The notes below the pieces were generated by a model, which saw nothing but the letters and a program-made list of their open reading frames with translations, was not told the DNA's origin and searched no databases. 39,920 nucleotides of DNA from a virus (taxonomy: Duplodnaviria; Caudoviricetes). Position numbers and translations under genes: made by a program. Shown here one piece after another: positions 17,407-26,598 of the stretch (its first letter is position 1; each line of letters begins with the position of its first letter). The DNA is taken from positions 1-39,920 of IMG/VR virus record IMGVR_UViG_3300017747_002560. One strand, written 5' to 3'.

Positions 17407-17648
17407 CGGCTTCGACAACCGCCTATATGGCGCGCGGCATGAACCACGTCCAGGCGGCGGAACTGGCGACACAGGTCGAGGGAACGCCCGTCGCCGCAAA
17501 GCTGATCGCGTTCGGGTTTTCCGTCCCGTTGGCGAATGAGTTGTACGACCAGATGACCGCAGGCGAGGGCGAGGAGCTTCGCCTGATGGCTTTGGGTATG
17601 CCGCCGACACTTGCCGCACTGGTTGCTGCGGATATCGAGGCCACCTAA
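17403..17648 (+). CDS. hypothetical protein (head module)
   Basis: GGAGG RBS; three L/Y-xx-xG(M/F)xxxxAxxL repeats. Confidence 0.65.
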   Translation: MTASTTAYMARGMNHVQAAELATQVEGTPVAAKLIAFGFSVPLANELYDQMTAGEGEELRLMALGMPPTLAALVAADIEAT

Positions 17649-17995
17649 TGCGCGGCGGCCCCTGGGTCTACCGGCCCGGCCATCCGCAGGCGGATGAAAA
17701 CGGGATGGTGCCGAAGATCATTGCTGGCGCACCTGTCCGCGCCGCGTCTGATTTGCCGCGGCCGATGGTGATTTCGGACTATACCGAATTGCGTTCAATG
17801 GCCGATGGTCGGATGTACACCAGTAAGGCCGCGTTGCGCGCAAGCTATCTGCCGAGCGGCAATCCGCAAGGCGCACGATACATCGAGGTTGGCAACGAGG
17901 AATTGAAGCCGCCGCCGCCGATGAAGCCCGACAAGAAAGCAATTCGCGAGAGTGTTCGCAAGGCCGCCGCCCGCGTCGGCATTCCAACCTGCTGA
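17648..17995 (+). CDS. hypothetical protein (head module)
   Basis: SMADGRMYTSK...IEVGNE motif; TAATG coupling. Confidence 0.7.
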   Translation: MRGGPWVYRPGHPQADENGMVPKIIAGAPVRAASDLPRPMVISDYTELRSMADGRMYTSKAALRASYLPSGNPQGARYIEVGNEELKPPPPMKPDKKAIRESVRKAAARVGIPTC

Positions 17996-18006
17996 AAGGC
18001 TGATTT

Positions 18007-19128
18007 ATGTCTGACGAGGCAATCGCGGGCTCAAACCCCGCCGAGAGCGCGATTCCTGCCGCCGATACCACGGCGGTCGATACTCAATCCAATGCCCCCG
18101 CGCCGAGCGCACGGGACGCGCTGGTAGCGGCATTCGCCAAGACCGAGCCCAAGGACGAACCAAATTCAGGCGTACCCAGCGAGCCCGCCAAGGCCGCCGC
18201 AGACCGTGCCCGTGATGAAGCCGGACGCTTCGCCCCGAAGTCGGCCGGCACCAACGAAAACCTGACGATTGACGCCAAGGGAAGCGGAGCGATCACGATT
18301 AAGCCGCCCGAGTCCGCAAAGGTCGAGCAGCCCGCCGTCACGCCGCCGACACGCTTTGCCAAGCCCGCACAGGAAGCATGGGCGCAGACGCCCGAGCCGG
18401 TACGCGCCGAAGTTGAACGCGCGATCGGCGAGCTAACGCAGGGCATCGAACGATACAAGGCCGAGGCGTCGGCATTCGAGCCGATCCGCAAATATGACGA
18501 GATGGCCCGTGCGTCCGGTACGACGCTCGACAAGGCGCTTGCCAACTATACCGGGATTGAGGCCGGGCTACGCCAAGACCCGATTGCCGGCACCATGCAA
18601 ATCTGGCGCAATATCGGCATCGACCCGCACGCGATGGTGCAGGCCCTTGTCGCACAGGTCAGCGGCCAGCCCGCCAGCACGGGGGTTAGCCCCGAAATCG
18701 CGGCGCTCCATGGGCAGATCGCGGAAATGCAGCGCAGGCTTGAAACCGAGGTTGGTTCGGTCAAGCAGACATTTGAACAGCAGCAACTCGCCGCCAAACA
18801 GCGAGACGCACAGGCCGCGGTGGACAAGTTCGCCAGCGACCATCCCTATTTCGACGAGTTATCAGACCCGATCGCCCAAATGATCGAGACTGGTTTCGCG
18901 AAAGACTTGTCAGATGCTTACGAGAAGGCGATCCGGCTCAACCCCGAGATTTCCGCCAAGATCGAAGCCGACAAGCAGCCACCCAAACAGCCCGACCCGG
19001 CTCAAACCCGGAAGGCAAATCTATCCATCACCGGCACCCCCTCGGCAGGCTCAAACCCTACAACCAGGAAACCCGCCGGTTCCACGCGCGAAGCCCTTCA
19101 AGGAGCGTTCGCGCAGGTCGGCCTTTAA
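18007..19128 (+). CDS. capsid scaffolding protein
   Basis: Precedes the capsid gene; RARDEAGRF motif; A/P/Q-rich and helical. Confidence 0.75.
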   Translation: MSDEAIAGSNPAESAIPAADTTAVDTQSNAPAPSARDALVAAFAKTEPKDEPNSGVPSEPAKAAADRARDEAGRFAPKSAGTNENLTIDAKGSGAITIKPPESAKVEQPAVTPPTRFAKPAQEAWAQTPEPVRAEVERAIGELTQGIERYKAEASAFEPIRKYDEMARASGTTLDKALANYTGIEAGLRQDPIAGTMQIWRNIGIDPHAMVQALVAQVSGQPASTGVSPEIAALHGQIAEMQRRLETEVGSVKQTFEQQQLAAKQRDAQAAVDKFASDHPYFDELSDPIAQMIETGFAKDLSDAYEKAIRLNPEISAKIEADKQPPKQPDPAQTRKANLSITGTPSAGSNPTTRKPAGSTREALQGAFAQVGL

Positions 19129-19154
19129 GGCCATCCCCAATCTAGGAACCTAAC

Positions 19155-20147
19155 ATGGCTATCAACACCAACGAACGCCTCCAGGAGGCGTTTTCGCTGG
19201 CGTTGGAAGATCGGTCGCGCGGATACGCGGACCTCGTTTCCAACTCCAACGCAATCCTGGCCCTCATGAAGGAAAAGGGAGGCTTCAAAACATTCTCCGG
19301 TCCTTCGATCCGTGAGCGTCTGCTGTATGCCGAGTCCGGTTCGTACACCCGTTACACCGGGTACGAATTCCTCAACCCGGTGCCGGCGGAACTGTTCAAC
19401 GATGCCGAATACACCGCAAAGCTCGCGGCTGTGTCGGTGACCCTGTCGGGTGAGGACATCCTGAAGAACGCCGGTTCGGCGCAGCTTCTCGATATCATGG
19501 AGGAGCATATCTCCGCGGCGGAAAAGGAACTCGTTGACCGTTTCGTGGAAGACCTCCACGACGACGGCACCGAGACCAACCAGATCGGCGGTTTGCAGCT
19601 TGCTGTTCCGACCACCGAGGATTCCGGCACCTATGGCGGCATCTCGCGGACGGATGTCGCGCTGTGGCGTACCGGCTCCTACAACGGCAACTCGGATTTT
19701 TCGGCCGCTACCTCGGCTGCGAACATCCATGACCAGTACACCCGTGTACTGATCAGCCACACCCGCGGCAAGAACGGCCCGAACATGATCGCGTGCGATG
19801 CGACTCATTTTCGCATGTTCCAGCAGGCGACGGTTGCCATTCAGCGCATCCAGAAGGAAGGCAAGTCGGCCAAGCTCGGTTTCCCGTCACTGGCATTTGC
19901 CGGCGCCGGTTACGAGCTGGATGTCGTGCTTGAGGGCGGTATCGGTTCGGCCATGCCGGCCAACACCTCCTACTTCCTCCAGGTCGGCGAGGGCTTGCGT
20001 TTCCGTTATCACGCGGATCGTAACTTTGTCGCCTTCGGCGGCAAGCAGCGCCCCGTCAACCAGGACGCGATCGTCCAGCATATCGGCTTCTACGGCAACC
20101 TGACGATAGCGAATCCGCTTCATCAGGCGAAGCTGATCACGTCGTAA
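19155..20147 (+). CDS. major capsid protein
   Basis: 330 aa after the scaffold; strong codon bias; DG....I.GL and NQDA motifs. Confidence 0.85.
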   Translation: MAINTNERLQEAFSLALEDRSRGYADLVSNSNAILALMKEKGGFKTFSGPSIRERLLYAESGSYTRYTGYEFLNPVPAELFNDAEYTAKLAAVSVTLSGEDILKNAGSAQLLDIMEEHISAAEKELVDRFVEDLHDDGTETNQIGGLQLAVPTTEDSGTYGGISRTDVALWRTGSYNGNSDFSAATSAANIHDQYTRVLISHTRGKNGPNMIACDATHFRMFQQATVAIQRIQKEGKSAKLGFPSLAFAGAGYELDVVLEGGIGSAMPANTSYFLQVGEGLRFRYHADRNFVAFGGKQRPVNQDAIVQHIGFYGNLTIANPLHQAKLITS

Positions 20148-20160
20148 GGGAGAATACACT

Positions 20161-20655
20161 ATGGCTTACAAGTTCACTGAAAACTCCCTTGGCTGGCAGC
20201 CGATCGCCAACAAGGAAACCACCGCAAAGCACAAGGTCGGGACCATCTGCCGCGCAGTTGACCCGACCTATGGTGCCGGCGAGTTCATCTACCTCAAGGG
20301 CGTTGCCTCCTGCGCTGAGAAGTCCTGGGTAACGTACAAGAACGACGGCGGCGTTACCGCGCTGTTGGCGGCTAACGCCATCGGCCCGGTTGCCATTGCT
20401 ATGTCGGCCTGTACGGCCAGCTATTATGGCTGGTTCCAGATCAACGGCATGGCGCTCGGCAAGTGCCTGACCCTGATGGCGTCCAATACCCGCGTGTGGA
20501 TCACCGGCACCGGCGGTTCGGTGGACGACACCTCGGTAGCGGGCGACGGTGTCAACAATGCCCGTTCGGCGGCGTTGACGGTGGCAAGCTCGGGTTACAC
20601 CGAGTTCGACATCAACCGCCCCTGGGTGAACGACAAGACCTCCTGGATCGCTTGA
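20161..20655 (+). CDS. capsid decoration / cement protein
   Basis: Follows the capsid gene; GEFIYLKG, YGWFQI.G, beta-rich small-residue composition. Confidence 0.65.
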   Translation: MAYKFTENSLGWQPIANKETTAKHKVGTICRAVDPTYGAGEFIYLKGVASCAEKSWVTYKNDGGVTALLAANAIGPVAIAMSACTASYYGWFQINGMALGKCLTLMASNTRVWITGTGGSVDDTSVAGDGVNNARSAALTVASSGYTEFDINRPWVNDKTSWIA

Positions 20656-21437
20656 TCTTGGACGCTAAAATTGAGGATGCGGGGGCTGTCTCCCGCATCC
20701 TCGAACAATTCCCGGTCAAGGTCTGCGTTGATGACGACGACATGGCCGAAAACGTGCGTTCCGCGATGTCGCGGGGTTTGCGTGAAGCAGGGCCGTGCGC
20801 GCCGCATGATCGCATTCTCTCGATTGCGGCCGGCGGTCCCTCGCTTGAAGATACTTGGCGGGATCTGACCGGCGTTATCGTGGCCGCCAATGCCAGCCTT
20901 GGATTTCTGCTCGAAAAGGGTGTGACGCCGTGGGCCTGCGGAATTATGGACCCGCGCCCACACATCGCGGATTTGATCGAACGACACCCGGACGTTTTTT
21001 TCTTTCTCGGCTCGACCTGTCACCCGCGCGTGTTCGATAAGCTCAAGGGCTGCAAGATCGTTCTATGGCATCCGCTTGGCGTCCAAAGCGCGGTCATGTC
21101 GGCAGGTGGTGCAAAGTACCTGATCGACGGCGGATCAACCATGGGGCTGCGCTGGCTCACGCTGGGGCATTTCATGGGGTTTCGCAAGTTTCACTGCCAC
21201 GGGCTGGATTCGAGTTTCCGGGGCGTCAAAACCCATGCCTACCCGGACTATCGGGACGGCATGAAGCAAATGGAATTGTGTGGTTATCAGACATCTTTGA
21301 ATTTCATCGCGCAAATCCGCGACTGGATCGAGGGCAAGGCCGTGTTTAACAGTCTCGGCGACGGCACGGAACTAAAACTGTTCGGCGACGGCCTGCTGCA
21401 ACATATCGACCGCGAGCGTTCATGCTTAATGTCATAG
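20652..21437 (+). CDS. Maf/MptE-like (DUF115) putative glycosyltransferase, sialyltransferase-like
   Basis: IAAGGPSL, VAAN, MDP, GGST.G, MGFRKFHCHGLDS, HAY; TTG overlaps the decoration gene stop. Confidence 0.75.
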   Translation: MILDAKIEDAGAVSRILEQFPVKVCVDDDDMAENVRSAMSRGLREAGPCAPHDRILSIAAGGPSLEDTWRDLTGVIVAANASLGFLLEKGVTPWACGIMDPRPHIADLIERHPDVFFFLGSTCHPRVFDKLKGCKIVLWHPLGVQSAVMSAGGAKYLIDGGSTMGLRWLTLGHFMGFRKFHCHGLDSSFRGVKTHAYPDYRDGMKQMELCGYQTSLNFIAQIRDWIEGKAVFNSLGDGTELKLFGDGLLQHIDRERSCLMS

Positions 21438-21994
21438 TCGTCAACCACGGGAATTACCTGGGGCGCGGCGACGACTATGTGAACCGTCTACGGGCCGGCA
21501 TTCACCGGCATCTGCTGCATCCTTATAAATTCCACGTCATTACCGACGTGCCCGACGTAACGGGATGGTGGGCCAAGCTCGCCATGTTCCAGCCTGGCCG
21601 GTTCGAAGGCCGCTGTCTGTTCTTCGATCTGGATACGATCATCACAGGCTCGCTTGACCATATGTCCCGCTATGACGGGCCGTTTGCGATGTTGCAGGAT
21701 TTCTATCATCCGGAGCTTTTAGCCTCTGGAGCTATGATGTGGACGGCGGGCGAGGCAGATCACATCTGGACCAAATGGGATGAAGCGGGACGGCCCGCGT
21801 TTCACCAGCGCGGCGATGGCGGCTGGATCGAAACTATGATGCCGAACGCGGCGCGGCTGCAAACGCTGTTCCCGCGGCAATTCGTATCATTCAAGGCGCA
21901 TTGCGCCGAGGGCATCCCGCCCAACGCCCGCGCGGTTTGCTTTCATGGCCTGCCAAGGCCGCATGTTCTCTCCGACCTGATGGCGCATTGGTGA
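21422..21994 (+). CDS. GT-A glycosyltransferase, GT8-like
   Basis: GWWAKL..F, LFFDLD (DxD), SG.MM, GD..WI, FHG.P.P. Confidence 0.8.
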   Translation: MLNVIVVNHGNYLGRGDDYVNRLRAGIHRHLLHPYKFHVITDVPDVTGWWAKLAMFQPGRFEGRCLFFDLDTIITGSLDHMSRYDGPFAMLQDFYHPELLASGAMMWTAGEADHIWTKWDEAGRPAFHQRGDGGWIETMMPNAARLQTLFPRQFVSFKAHCAEGIPPNARAVCFHGLPRPHVLSDLMAHW

Positions 21995-22665
21995 TGTGGT
22001 TATTGCCGACACGCAACCGCCCCGAGATGTGCCAAAGGGCCTTGGATGCCTGCATTGAAAGCGGCACCACGTCCAAGGGCCTCGTCTGGATGGACGGCTG
22101 CGATTATGGAAAACTGAGGCTTCCCAAGGGCTGGAAGCAGTTCGCCTGCGACGAGCATCTGAACATCGGCGAGATCATGCGCCGCTTCTACGGACAAAAT
22201 CCAAATCTGGACTGGTACGGCTGGCTGGCTGACGATTGCCTGCCGATCACCACGGGGTGGGACGCGAAGCTCATCGAGGCGGCGGGCGCAAAGTTCATCT
22301 CCTACCCGAACGACAACTGGCAGCAAGGCGTCAAGGAGCGCGACGGCACCCCGCACGTTACCAGCGTGATCTGCATGGGCGGCGATTTTGTTCGCGCCAT
22401 GGGCTTCTGGGTTCTGCCCGGCATGGTGCAGATGTACATTGACGACGTTTGGGAAAGCGTAGCGGTGCCGTCCGGCCTGATGCGCTATTTGCCTGACGTG
22501 CTGTGCGAGCATCACCATTTCGCCAACGGCAAGCGCCCGCACGACGCGACGGACGCCCGCACATTCCGGGGCGCGTCGTTCCCGCACAATGATCGCGGTA
22601 TCTACCAATCGTGGCTTGGCAGCGAGCAACTGCGCTCGGCGCTGGGCCGTGTAGCCAATCTATAA
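21994..22665 (+). CDS. GT-A glycosyltransferase, GT2-like
   Basis: LLPTRNRP, WLADD, GWD, YIDD, EHHH; TGATG coupling. Confidence 0.75.
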   Translation: MWLLPTRNRPEMCQRALDACIESGTTSKGLVWMDGCDYGKLRLPKGWKQFACDEHLNIGEIMRRFYGQNPNLDWYGWLADDCLPITTGWDAKLIEAAGAKFISYPNDNWQQGVKERDGTPHVTSVICMGGDFVRAMGFWVLPGMVQMYIDDVWESVAVPSGLMRYLPDVLCEHHHFANGKRPHDATDARTFRGASFPHNDRGIYQSWLGSEQLRSALGRVANL

Positions 22666-22684
22666 CCCCAGAAAGAGAGAACAG

Positions 22685-23347
22685 ATGTCCTCAAACGACA
22701 CTGAACGCAATACCGCTCGCCCGCGCTTCTTCAAAAAGCCGGTTCAGAACAAAGCCGCCTCCGAAAAGGAAGGCCGCCCCATTTTCGACGAGAAAGAAAT
22801 GGTTGAGGTGAAATTCCCCGGCGACAAGCAGACCGTGGCCGTGTTTCCGGTTGAGGACAAGCACCGCAAGCGCTGGCCCAAGCATTACGAGGCGTTCCAG
22901 GCCGGGCAGGAACGCGCCGCGATCGGCACGCCGCTGGAAGCATGGCCGATCCTCACTTCATCGCGCGTGGCCGAACTGAAGGCAATGGGAATTCTTTCGG
23001 TGGACGAATACGCCGATGTGACGGACGGCACGCTGACAAAACTCGGTATGAACGCCCGCGCCGAACGCGAGAAGGCCCGCGCATTTCTTGCTGCGGCGAA
23101 GGACGGCGCCAGCACGGCCGCAATGGCGGCCGAACTCGCTCGACTGAAGGAAATGGTAGAACGGCTGATGCAGGGCGCTGTCGTTCAGGCCGAGGCGACC
23201 GACAAGCCTTTGGAGGATTGCACCGACGCTGAACTCAAAACCTTCATCAAGCGCGAGAGCGGCGAGGGCGTGCGCGGCAATCCGAGCCGGGATACCCTGC
23301 TTGCCAAGGCGGCTGAACTCGCTAACCGGCAGTCTGAGGCCGCCTGA
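22685..23347 (+). CDS. hypothetical morphogenesis-region protein
   Basis: GRPIF...V..PGD, PLEAWP, HhH-like ELKAMGILSV. Confidence 0.7.
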   Translation: MSSNDTERNTARPRFFKKPVQNKAASEKEGRPIFDEKEMVEVKFPGDKQTVAVFPVEDKHRKRWPKHYEAFQAGQERAAIGTPLEAWPILTSSRVAELKAMGILSVDEYADVTDGTLTKLGMNARAEREKARAFLAAAKDGASTAAMAAELARLKEMVERLMQGAVVQAEATDKPLEDCTDAELKTFIKRESGEGVRGNPSRDTLLAKAAELANRQSEAA

Positions 23348-24045
23348 TGACCGTTCTGTCGGCCTGCGATCAGGCATCAAAGCTGATGGGGTTCGGTGCG
23401 CTGTCAACGCTGATAGCGAACACCAACCCGTTTGCGGTGGAACTGGCGGCTCTCTGCAACGAGGCCGGCCCGTACATCGCGAAGGCGCACGACTGGCGCA
23501 AGCTGATGCTGCTCAAGACGCAGGCCGGCGACGGTAGCGATACCGAATTTGACCTTCCGACCGATTATGACCGAATGCCGGTCAAGGCCAATATCTTTTT
23601 GACCTCGACCTCGTTCCCACTGACCAGCATTGACGACCTCGATGTGTGGCAGGACCACCGCTTGCGGACCTTCGGTACGGTCGGCGGCGAATGGATCATC
23701 CTGGGTGGTTCTTTGCTGATCTATCCCGCGATGGCGTCCACCGATAGCGCGAAATATTACTACCTCTCAAACAAGATCGTTCTCGCGGTGGACGGCACCA
23801 CGACCAAAACCACGTTCACGGTTGATACCGACACGTTCAGGCTGCCCGAGCGGCTGCTGACATTGGCGCTGATCTGGCGTTGGCGGGCGATGAAGGGTTA
23901 CGACTACGCGGAGGACATGCAGAATTTTGAAATCGCGATGGCGCAGGAAGTCGCCCGCGACAAGGGTTCGCGCATACTGAAAATCGGCCAAGGCCGCTTC
24001 ACGGGTGACGCCGCGCTTGCATTCCCCGGCACGGTGAACGGCTGA
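23347..24045 (+). CDS. head-to-tail adaptor (tail tubular protein A-like)
   Basis: HDW..L and LP.DY motifs; size and position. Confidence 0.7.
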   Translation: MTVLSACDQASKLMGFGALSTLIANTNPFAVELAALCNEAGPYIAKAHDWRKLMLLKTQAGDGSDTEFDLPTDYDRMPVKANIFLTSTSFPLTSIDDLDVWQDHRLRTFGTVGGEWIILGGSLLIYPAMASTDSAKYYYLSNKIVLAVDGTTTKTTFTVDTDTFRLPERLLTLALIWRWRAMKGYDYAEDMQNFEIAMAQEVARDKGSRILKIGQGRFTGDAALAFPGTVNG

Positions 24046-25628
24046 TGCGTCAGGCACTCCGGGGCAAGTCCGCACGCTTCACGTCGCTGCACCGTGCAAG
24101 GGCTGGCGGCGGTCATGGGCGCGGCGGTCTGATCTCGACTGTCAAGAGCCTGCCGGCGCCTGTCGGCGGCTGGAATGCGCGCGACCCGCTGGCCGCGATG
24201 CCGCCGGAAGATGCGATACTACTCGACAACTTCATCCCCGATACCGGCGGCGTGAAACTCCGGGAGGGATTTTCCGAACACGCGACCGGGCTGGGCGCTG
24301 CCATCGAATCCCTGATGGAGTACAGCCCGCCGAACGGCTCGCTCGAACTGTTCGGCGCCACCGCAACCGATATCTGGGATGTCACGGTGGCGGGAGCGGC
24401 AAGTTCCGTGCTTGGTTCGCTCACCAACGGGCGCTGGCAACATACCATGTTCGCGACCACCGGGGGTAATTTCCTAGTGGCCTGCAACGGCGTGGACGAT
24501 GTTATCAATTACGACGGCGCGACATGGACCGAACCCGCGATAACGGGGGTAACGTCCGCCAACCTGATCCATGTCTCTGCGCATGTCAGCCGGTTGTGGT
24601 TCGTTGAAAAGGATACGCTGAACGCATGGTATCTGCCGGCGTCTGCTATTGCGGGCGCGGCCACAAAGCTTCCCCTCGGCCCGTTCTGCAAGCTGGGCGG
24701 GCATCTGTTGGCAATGGCGTCATGGACGCGCGATGGCGGCGCCGGCCTGGACGATCTCGCGGTGTTCATCACTTCTCGCGGCGAGGCTGTGATTTACAGC
24801 GGAACTGATCCGTCAAGCTCAACCACATGGACAAAGGTAGGGACGTTCCGCATTCCAGAGCCTGTTGGGCGGCGCTGCTTTGTGCAAGCCGGCGCTGACC
24901 TGGGGCTTATCACTTCGCAGGGCGTGCTTCCATTGTCGGCCATCCTTCCGCTGGCGGCCTCGGGTGCCGCGAAGGTTGCGGCTACCGACAAGATTTCCGG
25001 CGCATTTGCGACCGCTTACAAAGGTTCGTCAACCGCGTTCGGCTGGCAACTGGTGGAATATCCCAAAGGCCGGTTGATGGTGGTCAACGTGCCGATCACG
25101 GAACGGTCGATCGCGCATCAGTACGTCATGAACACCCAGACCGGCGGATGGTGCCGGTTCACCGGAATGAATGCCGGCTGCTGGGGCCTTAAGGGCGATG
25201 TGCTGTATTTCGGCGGGCATGACGGCACGGTCTACAAATACGGCGGCACCTATTCAGACGACGGCGATGAAATCAACGCGGTTTCGATCTCGGCTTATAC
25301 CAATCTGGGAACGGTGCGCAGCAAGTCGGTGAAGATGGCGCGGCCGATGTTCTCGGGGCCGGAGGGCTATATTCCCTTGCTGGCGCTGCGCAGCAATTAC
25401 GACCTTGGAACGGTCAACTATTCGGCGTCCTCACAGGCCACGGCCGGCGCGTATTGGGATGAGGCCGAGTGGGACGTGGCTGAATGGGCGCTGTCGATCG
25501 TACCAAGCGCAAAATGGCAATCGGTTGACGCGGAGGGTTCGGTGATTTCCGTTGCAATGGGGGCGGCGGTCGCGGACCAGTTCCAGTTCAACGCGGTGGA
25601 CCTGATGTTTGAGGTTGGCACGTTCTAA
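24045..25628 (+). CDS. tail nozzle / packaged-DNA stabilisation protein (beta-propeller-like)
   Basis: APVGGWN, RLWF, beta-rich; follows the adaptor gene. Confidence 0.75.
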   Translation: MRQALRGKSARFTSLHRARAGGGHGRGGLISTVKSLPAPVGGWNARDPLAAMPPEDAILLDNFIPDTGGVKLREGFSEHATGLGAAIESLMEYSPPNGSLELFGATATDIWDVTVAGAASSVLGSLTNGRWQHTMFATTGGNFLVACNGVDDVINYDGATWTEPAITGVTSANLIHVSAHVSRLWFVEKDTLNAWYLPASAIAGAATKLPLGPFCKLGGHLLAMASWTRDGGAGLDDLAVFITSRGEAVIYSGTDPSSSTTWTKVGTFRIPEPVGRRCFVQAGADLGLITSQGVLPLSAILPLAASGAAKVAATDKISGAFATAYKGSSTAFGWQLVEYPKGRLMVVNVPITERSIAHQYVMNTQTGGWCRFTGMNAGCWGLKGDVLYFGGHDGTVYKYGGTYSDDGDEINAVSISAYTNLGTVRSKSVKMARPMFSGPEGYIPLLALRSNYDLGTVNYSASSQATAGAYWDEAEWDVAEWALSIVPSAKWQSVDAEGSVISVAMGAAVADQFQFNAVDLMFEVGTF

Positions 25629-26149
25629 TGGCCGAACTGGTCGGTTCGGTCCTGTTCGGGGCGGACGATATCGTAACCGAAATGGTTCGGCTTCGCATCC
25701 CGCACATGAGGGAATCGAGTTTCGGGCCGTGTACTGCGCTCGGTGTGGTCCGCAGGGGCGAGTTGATCGGCGGGGCGGTGTTTCACAATTACCGCGGCCA
25801 CGACATTGAAATGTCGGCCGCGTTCGATCGGCCGGATTGGTGTCTGCCGCAGACGGTGCGGACCTTGTTCTCCTATCCGTTCGTGCAGCTTGGCTGCATT
25901 CGGATGACCACTATCACAGGACGCCGCAATAAGCGGGCGCGGTCGGCCAATGAACGAAACGGTTTCAAGTTAGAGGGCGTTGCGCGTCGTGCGCTGGATG
26001 GCCGCGAGGATGCGTTTATTTATTCCATGCTTCGGGAGGAGTGCCGGTGGATTCCGCAGCCTACTCGACATGAGACCAAGATCGGCCATCCCGGATGCGA
26101 TGGATTACGGTTTGGTCAACACCAAAATCGGCCGCTATACGGCGCATAA
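25628..26149 (+). CDS. GNAT-fold morphogenesis protein (P22 gp14-positioned); C-terminus extended by an antisense HNH insertion
   Basis: YPF.QLGC.R, N....GF..EG..R, YSMLREECRWI. Confidence 0.8.
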   Translation: MAELVGSVLFGADDIVTEMVRLRIPHMRESSFGPCTALGVVRRGELIGGAVFHNYRGHDIEMSAAFDRPDWCLPQTVRTLFSYPFVQLGCIRMTTITGRRNKRARSANERNGFKLEGVARRALDGREDAFIYSMLREECRWIPQPTRHETKIGHPGCDGLRFGQHQNRPLYGA

Positions 26150-26547
26150 CGCGGCCTGCGATAAGTTGCTGTCTTATTTGTCTTACCGCGTCGTCGGTAA
26201 GCTTGGCTGCGGGGTTGCTCATTCCGGGCATCTTGGCCCCCCTCAATCGCCCTTTGCGAGATGCGTCTTGTAAATTGTCCGCCGCTGTCCCGGCAGAAAG
26301 ATGTTCGGGGTTTACGCAGCTTGGGTTGTCGCAGGCGTGGAGTATGTGAAGGCCGGAAGGTATCGAACCTTTATGCAGTTCATATGAGTATCTGTGAGCC
26401 AATGCGCGGCTTCGGCGGGTAACTGATTGTCAGGTCGCCGTATCCCGCAACTGACTTGGCTCCAATCCAGAGCCAGCACTTGTTCTCGTCAGACTTTTGG
26501 ACCTTTTTCCAAAAGCGATCAGTCAGCGTTGTGCGATGTTTTGCCAT
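26061..26547 (-). pseudogene. frameshifted HNH homing endonuclease
   Basis: RFWKKV...CWLW.G...GYG in one frame; AHR.SY...HACDNPSCVNPEHL plus HTH tail in another; shift near 26400-26420. Confidence 0.85.
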
Positions 26548-26598
26548 GTGTGAAACGTAGCACAACACACCTATCGAAACCAGAAAGATAGCAATTAA

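Noticed and set aside
20652-22665. DNA hypermodification pathway (methylase plus glycosyltransferases)
   Set aside because: No TET/JBP dioxygenase, hydroxymethylase or nucleotide kinase is visible, and the GTs lie in the structural operon; not excluded, but less favoured
26390-26430. Programmed frameshift in the HNH gene
   Set aside because: No slippery heptamer or recognisable stimulator; mutation or sequencing error is simpler
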